Positions 30,504-37,930 of a DNA stretch of 64,000 bases are shown here, piece after piece. Origin of the DNA: an uncultured Muribaculaceae bacterium (lineage in GTDB: Bacteria; Bacteroidota; Bacteroidia; Bacteroidales; UBA932); the NCBI GenBank assembly GCA_964385835.1, contig CAYLQE010000004.1, forward strand, positions 24,080 to 88,079. Reading direction: 5' to 3'. The first letter of the stretch is position 1. The number at the start of each line of letters is the position of its first letter. Under the pieces are notes generated by a model. It made no database searches. It was not told the origin of the DNA and worked only from the letters and a program-made list of their open reading frames with translations. The translations under genes and the position numbers were made by a program.

Positions 30504-31517
30504 ATGAAAAAAGTCAGCAAATCTTTTGTAACCGGTGCGATCGCGCTGGTTTTCGGTGTTTTGGGCTATCAGACAGCCCTTCTCGTGCATTATGCCGCAG
30601 TCACGCGCATTGTCGCGAATGCGGATTGTCCGGATACCGTCTATGTGTATCCTGCCGGAGGTGAGGCGGCGCTCTCCGGCGCCGCGGATGTTTCCGCCGG
30701 TGACGGGTACGGATATGCGGCAAGGACAGGGGCAGGGAAGGAATCCCGGACAGGCGCGCTTGCCGGGAAAGAGCTTGCTTCCGGCCGTAACGGAAATATG
30801 TCCGGAGCACAGGTTTCCAGGGGAGGCAACGGGCATCCTGCGGACGGCACATACAGCCGCCGCAGCGGCAGCCACAGCGAAGCGGCGAAAAAGATACGCA
30901 GCGCGGCGGGAGGACGGCGGGTGGAAAGTTTCCGCTTCGATCCCAATACCGTCAGCACGGATGACCTGCAGCGTCTCGGGTTCAGCGAGAAGCAGGCGGC
31001 AAGCATAGAGAACTACCGCAGCAAGGGAGGGCGGTTCCGCCGCAAAGAAGACTTTGCGGCGAGCTATGTCGTGTCGGACAGCGTGTATGCGAGGCTGGAA
31101 AAATACATAGATATTCCGAAACTGGATATCAACAAGGCGGATTCCGCCGCATTCGACACGCTGCCGGGTATAGGCGGGTATTTCGCGCGTAAGATGGTGG
31201 AGTACCGCTCCCAGCTCCACGGTTACAGCTTTCCCGAGCAGCTGATGGACATATACCGCTTCGACAGGGAGAAATACGATGCGCTGAAAGACCTTATCGA
31301 AGTGGGTGAGTGCGAGCCGTATCCGCTGTGGACCCTGCCTGCGGACTCGCTGCGCCTGCATCCTTATATAAGGACTGCGTCCGTCGCTAAGGCCATAGTG
31401 CTTTTCCGCACCCATAATCCTGCGTCATCGCTTTCCGTGCAGGCTCTGGTCGATGCCGGAATCATATATGGTGAAAATGCGGAAAAATTATCAAAATGTA
31501 TTTTTGCCGCGCCCTGA
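30504..31517 (+). CDS. ComEA-like helix-hairpin-helix protein
   Basis: N-terminal TM, Gly/Ala linker, FDPNT, LDINKAD, LPGIG. Confidence 0.8.
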   Translation: MKKVSKSFVTGAIALVFGVLGYQTALLVHYAAVTRIVANADCPDTVYVYPAGGEAALSGAADVSAGDGYGYAARTGAGKESRTGALAGKELASGRNGNMSGAQVSRGGNGHPADGTYSRRSGSHSEAAKKIRSAAGGRRVESFRFDPNTVSTDDLQRLGFSEKQAASIENYRSKGGRFRRKEDFAASYVVSDSVYARLEKYIDIPKLDINKADSAAFDTLPGIGGYFARKMVEYRSQLHGYSFPEQLMDIYRFDREKYDALKDLIEVGECEPYPLWTLPADSLRLHPYIRTASVAKAIVLFRTHNPASSLSVQALVDAGIIYGENAEKLSKCIFAAP

Positions 31518-31553
31518 TTTTTGCTATATTTGTGTAAATCTAAATATCGGATC

Positions 31554-32123
31554 ATGTTTCTCGAAAGAAGTAAGAATTCAGGCTCTATAGAAGTAATATG
31601 CGGCAGCATGTTTTCGGGCAAGACGGAAGAGCTTATACGCCGTCTGCGCCGCGCCCAGTTCGCGAATATGAATGTCAGGATCTTCAAGCCCTGCATAGAT
31701 GTGCGCTATTCAGAAGACCATGTCGTGAGCCACGACGCCCACAGCATAGTGAGCACGCCTATCCAGGATGCCGCCATGATGCTGGAATGTATCGATGACG
31801 GCACGCAGGTGGTGGGTGTGGACGAGGCGCAGTTCTTCGGCGAGAACCTGGTTGACGTGTGCAACGAGCTGGCGGACCACGGGATACGTGTGGTATGCGC
31901 CGGCCTTGACATGGATTTCATGGGCAAGCCTTTCAATCCGATGCCTGCCCTCATGGCAATTGCGGAGGATGTCCTGAAAGTTCATGCGATCTGCGTGAAA
32001 TGCGGCTCTCCCGCAGCTTACTCGCACCGTCTGAGCAAAAGCGATGACCTTGTGGTCCTCGGCGAGAAGGATGTGTACGAGCCTCTGTGCCGCAGCTGCT
32101 ACAGGAAGGCGATGAAGAAATAA
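31554..32123 (+). CDS. tdk: Thymidine kinase
   Basis: [13 protein letters not shown], CxxC, YEPLCRSC; TATATTTG at 31525-31532. Confidence 0.95.
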   Translation: MFLERSKNSGSIEVICGSMFSGKTEELIRRLRRAQFANMNVRIFKPCIDVRYSEDHVVSHDAHSIVSTPIQDAAMMLECIDDGTQVVGVDEAQFFGENLVDVCNELADHGIRVVCAGLDMDFMGKPFNPMPALMAIAEDVLKVHAICVKCGSPAAYSHRLSKSDDLVVLGEKDVYEPLCRSCYRKAMKK

Positions 32124-32149
32124 CGGCATGTGAATAATACTGCCTTTGG

Positions 32150-32183
32150 ATCCGGTGATGTCGCGATTGCCGGATTTTCTTTT
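32150..32183 (+). terminator. Probable intrinsic terminator of tdk
   Basis: ATCCGGTGAT...ATTGCCGGAT hairpin followed by a T-rich run. Confidence 0.55.
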
Positions 32184-32257
32184 GTCTGCTGCCTGCCGTA
32201 TGAACGGATTTCAAATTAAGGCGATAAATTATATCGTGATCAAAATGAAAAGTTCGT

Positions 32258-33487
32258 ATGGCAACAGTAAAGGTGAAATGGCGTCCTTCGGCAATGGAAT
32301 GGAAGGCGGGAACGGTTTATTATCAGATTATCCATCAGCGCTCGGTTCGTCAGCTGAAGACGGAGTACAGGGTTTTTGAAGACGAATGGGATGAAGCAGG
32401 CGGAACGCTTGCGGCAGGCGGTGGCGGCAGCGACAGGAGCGGCGCGCTTCTTAAGATACGGGAGCAGATAGATCTGGACCTGAAATGCCTGAACACGGTA
32501 ATCAGGAAGCTCGACAGGCAGAACAGGCGGTACACGGCTGATGATATCGTCACCGCATTTACGGCGCAGTCGCGGGAACAGTCATTCTTCAGCTTCATGC
32601 GGCGCAGCATCGGCAAGCTGAGGACATTGAACAAGTACCGCACCGCCGAGAATTACTATACGGCGATGAAAAGCCTTGAACGCTTTATGGACAACGAGGA
32701 TCTGCTTTTTGACGAGCTGGATTCCGACCTGATGATGCGGTACGAGGCTTTTCTGAACAGCAGCGGCGTTTCCCGGAATACGGTATCCTTTTATATGCGT
32801 ATCATCAGGGCGGTATACAACCGTGCCGTCGAACAGGAACTGACAGAGCAGAATCATCCGTTCAGGCATGTATATACAGGCGTGGACAAGACCGTAAAGC
32901 GTGCCATATCATTCACCGCTATCAAGCGGATAAAGGCGCTCGACCTGTCACGGGACCCCGCACTGGACTTTGCAAGGGATATGTTCCTGTTCTCTTTCTA
33001 TACCCGCGGAATGTCATTCATCGACATGGCGTACCTGCGCAAGACCGACCTCAGGAGCGGAGTCCTGATCTACCGCCGCCGCAAGACAGGACAGCAGCTT
33101 ACGATAAAGTGGGAGACATGCATGCAGGCGATAGTCGCCAAATACGAAAGCGGTACCGGATGCAGGCGCGTAAGGAATGAAAGCCCCTATATGCTGCCCA
33201 TACTTGGCACCCCGTCCGGCAGCGTCATGAACCGCTACCGCTGCATAATGCAGCAGATCAACCGTTCGTTGAAAAAGATAGCTGAGCTTGCCGGCCTCGA
33301 TGTCCCTCTTACGATGTATGTGGCCCGTCACAGCTGGGCATCCGTCGCCCGCTCTAAGAACATTCCCGTTTCCGTTATTTCGGAGGGTATGGGCCACGAC
33401 TCGGAGGCCACCACGCAGATCTACCTCGCATCTCTCGACACCTCCGTCATCGACCGTGCGAACAGCCTGATTCTGAAAGGGTTGTAA
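32258..33487 (+). CDS. Tyrosine site-specific recombinase (Bacteroidetes Tsr/invertase type)
   Basis: YTRGMSFIDM, RRKTG, YVARHSW, MGH, TQIY catalytic motifs; N-terminal arm-binding-like region. Confidence 0.92.
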   Translation: MATVKVKWRPSAMEWKAGTVYYQIIHQRSVRQLKTEYRVFEDEWDEAGGTLAAGGGGSDRSGALLKIREQIDLDLKCLNTVIRKLDRQNRRYTADDIVTAFTAQSREQSFFSFMRRSIGKLRTLNKYRTAENYYTAMKSLERFMDNEDLLFDELDSDLMMRYEAFLNSSGVSRNTVSFYMRIIRAVYNRAVEQELTEQNHPFRHVYTGVDKTVKRAISFTAIKRIKALDLSRDPALDFARDMFLFSFYTRGMSFIDMAYLRKTDLRSGVLIYRRRKTGQQLTIKWETCMQAIVAKYESGTGCRRVRNESPYMLPILGTPSGSVMNRYRCIMQQINRSLKKIAELAGLDVPLTMYVARHSWASVARSKNIPVSVISEGMGHDSEATTQIYLASLDTSVIDRANSLILKGL

Positions 33488-33575
33488 AATTGATTGTGCA
33501 AGGCTTGGAGAGCTGCCTGCGAAAGGGGCAGTAAAGCTATCTGCAGCGGACGGATTGTTTAGCTATTTTTATCCC

Positions 33576-33800
33576 CTCTTATTAAGAGGGACATACATAT
33601 TCCTGACAAAGATACACAAATTATTGTATTTAACCACATTAAATTAATTCTTTTTCTGAAAAAACAAGGCAAGATGTTTGGCAAAACATGTCAATTTGTT
33701 TAGCAAAACGGCCTTTTTGTTTAGCAAAATGCAATTCTGCCATTACGTATCTCTTTGAATTATAATTTGATAAAAAATAATGTGTCCCTCTTAATAAGAG
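33576..33800. promoter_or_regulatory. Candidate invertible promoter segment bounded by 18-bp perfect inverted repeats
   Basis: CTCTTATTAAGAGGGACA (33576-33593) and TGTCCCTCTTAATAAGAG (33783-33800); TATCTTTG on the minus strand at 33607-33614; directly after a tyrosine recombinase. Confidence 0.85.
33675..33729 (+). repeat. Three phased 12-bp direct repeats TGTTT(G/A)GCAAAA
   Basis: Copies at 33675, 33697 and 33718 (spacing 22 and 21 bp). Confidence 0.85.
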
Positions 33801-33846
33801 ATACATATATGAGTGATATTATATTATTGAACAACAATTAATTATA

Positions 33847-34104
33847 ATGATTCTGGCAACAAAGAGAAGTACGTATGTTTTGAAAAGCGAGGAGGATTTT
33901 CAAGATGTCAGGAATCACCTTTATCGTGAGATGTACGGTGATTACTGCGATTCAAACAAAGTGTATTTTTATGGATGGTGGGGCAGTTGTGCCCGTTTCG
34001 GTTGGGAACAATGCTATAAAATCGAGATCTGGAGCGATTGTTCCGATCCTGTCAGAGTGGCCTCTATCATTAAGGAACATGGCGGCAGGTATTATGATGA
34101 GTGA
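33847..34104 (+). CDS. Small hypothetical protein, first gene after the invertible segment
   Basis: ATG after an AT-rich leader, 85 aa, Cys/Trp-rich; no family recognised. Confidence 0.6.
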   Translation: MILATKRSTYVLKSEEDFQDVRNHLYREMYGDYCDSNKVYFYGWWGSCARFGWEQCYKIEIWSDCSDPVRVASIIKEHGGRYYDE

Positions 34105-34161
34105 TAATGATTGTTTGAAAGGTATATTGTTGGGCTAAATATGATTAACATGAAAAGACAT

Positions 34162-34767
34162 ATGAAAGAAATTTTTAAATTGATGTTATGCCTGGTTGCA
34201 ATTGCGACTGTAACGTCTTGCAATTCATCTCTGTCCGAACAGGAAAAGGCAGTAAAGGCACAAGTTGAGGAATTTAAAAAAGGCGGTTGGAAAGTAGTTG
34301 GGGATGAAGACTTAACTACAGCTGTCTCTAAACATATAGAAAAAAGAAGGGATAATACCTATAAGATGCTTGAGTATAAAGGGATTGTCTGTTGTGACAA
34401 TATTGAATCGGGTAAAGTCGCCGCTCGGAATGAAGCGGCTGGATGTTGCGATATTGGGGCGGACTTGCTGAAACGCCATTTTCCGGAGTTTTATGATGCC
34501 ACCAAACTGGATTTGTTCATTGATAACTACAGATCTATTTATTCAAAAGAAATAGCAGTGGAATTGATACCATCTTTCTATTTGTACCGAAAAGAAGGAA
34601 AAGATCAATATCGTGTAATAGGATATTTTCTTATATACCATAGGCTGGCAAGTAGAATAATCAGCATTGCTATAGAGGAGGCAGAAGGTGTGGCTGGAAT
34701 AGACATAGACTATGAGACTATAAGTCATATAGCTCGGATACAAGATATATTGAATGCACTTTCTTAG
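34162..34767 (+). CDS. Lipoprotein, paralogue of 34874-35491
   Basis: Lipobox VTSC; shares GWKVVG, SGKVAAR and PSFYLY with the next gene; start could be 34150. Confidence 0.7.
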   Translation: MKEIFKLMLCLVAIATVTSCNSSLSEQEKAVKAQVEEFKKGGWKVVGDEDLTTAVSKHIEKRRDNTYKMLEYKGIVCCDNIESGKVAARNEAAGCCDIGADLLKRHFPEFYDATKLDLFIDNYRSIYSKEIAVELIPSFYLYRKEGKDQYRVIGYFLIYHRLASRIISIAIEEAEGVAGIDIDYETISHIARIQDILNALS

Positions 34768-34817
34768 TGAATATTCAACGTTGCTATAGAGGAGGCAGAA
34801 GGTGTGGCTGGAATAGA
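34667..34817 (+). repeat. 37-bp perfect direct repeat straddling a stop codon
   Basis: TTGCTATAGAGGAGGCAGAAGGTGTGGCTGGAATAGA at 34667-34703 and 34781-34817. Confidence 0.92.
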
Positions 34818-34873
34818 GTATAAGACTAACTAAGATTCAATGGATAACCAATAAACTGTTATGAATATTTGTG

Positions 34874-35491
34874 ATGAATCTGTATAAGATAATATATCCG
34901 TTACTTTGTGCGCTTGCTTTTGTCACGATTATATCTTTCGCAGTATCGCAGCCTGAACATGATAAGGCGATAAAGGCAAAGGTAAAGGAACTCGAAAAAG
35001 CAGGTTGGAAGGTAGTGGGGAACGGGAATCTGGAAAAATTGGTCTATTCTTACGAAGAGAAGAAATCGAATGAAGGGAAAAAAGCGGATGAGTTGTACAG
35101 CGCCTATATCGGTATCGGAAAGAACTGTAACAGTATCGATTCCGGGAAAGTTGCAGCTCGAGAGGATGCTCCGAAACTGGTTGTCAATATTCTTGCCAAT
35201 GATATGAGAGCCGCTTGCGATCAGAGTTTGCTTTCCGATCCTGAACTGGATATCTTTTATGATAATTTCGAATCCGTTTGCTCCCGGAAGATTGCAGAAA
35301 GACTGGTTCCCTCCTTTTATCTGTACAAGCAGCTTGATAAGGAAAACTATCTGGTTACCGGATATTTCCTGCTTAATGCCGTCCAAACATTGGAATTATA
35401 CCGGGATGCGATAAAAGAAGCGGAAGAAATGAGCGGAATAAAGTTCAAGTATAAAACCGGCTATACTCCCGGCAGCAATAGAAAATATTAA
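34874..35491 (+). CDS. Exported protein, paralogue of 34162-34767
   Basis: Hydrophobic N-terminus; shared motifs as above. Confidence 0.7.
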   Translation: MNLYKIIYPLLCALAFVTIISFAVSQPEHDKAIKAKVKELEKAGWKVVGNGNLEKLVYSYEEKKSNEGKKADELYSAYIGIGKNCNSIDSGKVAAREDAPKLVVNILANDMRAACDQSLLSDPELDIFYDNFESVCSRKIAERLVPSFYLYKQLDKENYLVTGYFLLNAVQTLELYRDAIKEAEEMSGIKFKYKTGYTPGSNRKY

Positions 35492-35514
35492 ATAACAACT
35501 AAAACAATAACAAA

Positions 35515-35961
35515 ATGAAAACTAAAGTAATGTTAATTCTGATTTCTTTGGCGGCTGTAGCCTGTGCTCCTATGTCAAAGGAGGCGTATATGGAAAAGTA
35601 TGCGAAGTTTATGCTTGAGGTAAGTCAGAACTCTTCATCGTATACGGAAAGCGATTGGGCTGAAAAGGATGAGATTTTTTATGAATATTCAGAGATATAT
35701 TACCAGAAATTTCAGAAGGAACTGACCTCATCGGACAAGATGACATTGGCGAAATATAAGGTTAAATACTCGTATTATAAATGTATGAGCAAGTCAGAAG
35801 CAAAGGTAAGTGATCTTTTTGGAGCGGTTGCCGGCCGTATTGAGTCGTTTGGAAATGATTTGTTGGATACATTCAATGAAGCGACCGAGGAAGACGGGAA
35901 GCTGGATGAATATCTGAACGTTTTGTCAGATAAAGCGGCGGAGATTATGAACCAGTTTTAA
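35515..35961 (+). CDS. Helical lipoprotein (DUF6565-like)
   Basis: Lipobox AVAC; SKEAY...F..EV...YTESDW pattern; family name from recollection. Confidence 0.6.
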   Translation: MKTKVMLILISLAAVACAPMSKEAYMEKYAKFMLEVSQNSSSYTESDWAEKDEIFYEYSEIYYQKFQKELTSSDKMTLAKYKVKYSYYKCMSKSEAKVSDLFGAVAGRIESFGNDLLDTFNEATEEDGKLDEYLNVLSDKAAEIMNQF

Positions 35962-35993
35962 ATGGACAATCTAATTACAAGCAATTGAATACA

Positions 35994-37046
35994 ATGAAAA
36001 GAATTGTATGCGTTTTATTGTTTGCCGCTCTGATGTTGCAGTCATTGGCCCAGACGCCGGATGCCAGTATAGACAAGCGAATATATTTGTTGGATGTTAC
36101 GAAGTCAATGATTGGAATTGTGGTTAAGGATGAAATCGAGATACATAACGAGGACAATAATGTCTGGGAGAAGGTTGCCGCATTTCTTAGAACGGATATT
36201 GAAAACATTACGGATCCAAGTACCAGACTTATAGTTATACCATTTAATGATAAAGTTTGTTGTGATGATTGTTGGGAGGAGCAGGCGACAGTAGAGGGCA
36301 AGTCTAAACTTATGCGTAAAATCAATGGAGTTAAAGACAGATGGCTCAGTGAAGGAGCAGAAGCGACAAAAACGAATATCGTAGCTCCGTTCAGTTATGC
36401 CAAAAACAAATATATCGACCCAAGGTGCAACAATCTGCTGATTTTGCTGACAGACGGCCAGGACAATGTAAATGGACAACTTGCCTGGCTGCAATTGTTG
36501 TCTTCTTGGCAGGTGTATGCGCGTGACAATAACGCATACCTGATATATTTTATGGTGTCGGATGCCGCAAATGATAAGAAAATAGCGAACTTGATTGAGA
36601 ATAAAGAATGCAGCGATCTTGTTTTCCCTACCGGCAAAATTCCTGATTTCATAGATTTGTATCCCTCAAAGGCCGTTAACTTCAATATAAAGGATGATAT
36701 CGAAGATGGCGTTTATATACAGTTCGATAATTCAAAAAAATCCTTGAAGCTGGCTAACGGGGTAAAAGTATCCGTAAAATCATTGCCTGGAGCCAAGGTA
36801 TCTGTCGACTGTTCTGCAGAGATAGAAGACGGCAAAATCAATATCAGATTGCCGTACACAACGCAAGAACTTAGAACTTTACTTTGTGATGAAGATACTG
36901 TTCATGTTCCTTTAACCATTGAGTTGCTGAACCAGGATGAGATACAGAGTGGATACAATCAAAAAATATTCCTGAAAAGAAATACCGTTGATCTGGTTCT
37001 TATTAATAAGATAGAGAAAGTCCTTACTATAAAGCTGAAGCGATGA
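35994..37046 (+). CDS. Exported von Willebrand factor A domain protein
   Basis: Signal peptide; IYLLDVTKSM (MIDAS-like DxTxS), TNI, ILLTDG. Confidence 0.8.
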   Translation: MKRIVCVLLFAALMLQSLAQTPDASIDKRIYLLDVTKSMIGIVVKDEIEIHNEDNNVWEKVAAFLRTDIENITDPSTRLIVIPFNDKVCCDDCWEEQATVEGKSKLMRKINGVKDRWLSEGAEATKTNIVAPFSYAKNKYIDPRCNNLLILLTDGQDNVNGQLAWLQLLSSWQVYARDNNAYLIYFMVSDAANDKKIANLIENKECSDLVFPTGKIPDFIDLYPSKAVNFNIKDDIEDGVYIQFDNSKKSLKLANGVKVSVKSLPGAKVSVDCSAEIEDGKINIRLPYTTQELRTLLCDEDTVHVPLTIELLNQDEIQSGYNQKIFLKRNTVDLVLINKIEKVLTIKLKR

Positions 37047-37918
37047 AAAAAACAATCTATTCACTCATGCTGTTGCCGGCGCTGATGATTTCGTCATGTG
37101 ACCAGGCGCAACCGGAGATTGCGGACTGGGGCAATACCATATCTTATGCCGATTTTGGGTGGGATAAATATACTCCGGTAAAGATGGAGCATACCCTTGT
37201 ACTGGATTTCAATGATGATGCCAAAAAACTTTTCACAGGTAGCGTCGTATTTGAACTCGTGCTGAAAAATGCCGAAGGCTATTTTTTGCCTACCGACAAA
37301 ATCATTTTATATAAAAACGGAGTCCTCTGCAAAAAGAACAGAATGTCAATAAACAAAGACGACAGTGAAATAACGGTTGGTATAGAAATCAACCGCGATA
37401 TGCCGGAAGGATGTTATACACTGTTATTGAATCCGGTAGATAATGGAGGCCTTGATCGTATCGAACAGATTGACCTGCAGAACGGTTTCAATGTCCAGAA
37501 AATCGAAGTAATGAATCCGCTGGCAAAAAGATTGATGTGGTCAGTAATAGTAACCGCTGCCCTTTTTATACTATGGATTATAGTTTCCCGCATTGTCAAT
37601 CCCAAACTTAAGTTTTCGCGTATATCATTCGATTATAATGATACCGGCGAGGTATCGCATCGTGTGGGAAACTGTTATAAAATAGTATGTACAAATAGGC
37701 CCAAACGAATTTCTTTGCTGCATAAGATATTCGTTGGTAATGTATATGTCGAGGTAAATGAGTTTTGGAGCAGTGAACTCACAATTTTATGCGGTTCGCG
37801 GGATGTAATCCGCCTGTCTACTCGCGGGGACTATATGCTTCCGGATGAAGCCGTGCGAAGGGAAACGTTCCTTATACAAGATGACAGCAATAGGAAAGTA
37901 AATATTGAAACAACTTAA
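37043..37918 (+). CDS. Lipoprotein-signal, single-pass membrane protein
   Basis: ISSC lipobox; internal TM LMWSVIVTAALFILWIIV; 4-nt overlap with the vWA gene. Confidence 0.7.
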   Translation: MKKTIYSLMLLPALMISSCDQAQPEIADWGNTISYADFGWDKYTPVKMEHTLVLDFNDDAKKLFTGSVVFELVLKNAEGYFLPTDKIILYKNGVLCKKNRMSINKDDSEITVGIEINRDMPEGCYTLLLNPVDNGGLDRIEQIDLQNGFNVQKIEVMNPLAKRLMWSVIVTAALFILWIIVSRIVNPKLKFSRISFDYNDTGEVSHRVGNCYKIVCTNRPKRISLLHKIFVGNVYVEVNEFWSSELTILCGSRDVIRLSTRGDYMLPDEAVRRETFLIQDDSNRKVNIETT

Positions 37919-37930
37919 AAACAATAATTT

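Noticed and set aside
29592-31415. 607-aa minus-strand ORF
   Set aside because: Antisense to tRNA-Gly, rsmI and the ComEA-like gene with no motifs; shadow ORF of GC-rich coding DNA
34667-34817. Diversity-generating retroelement TR/VR pair
   Set aside because: Copies are identical and short, with no adenine-specific mismatches and no reverse transcriptase in the window
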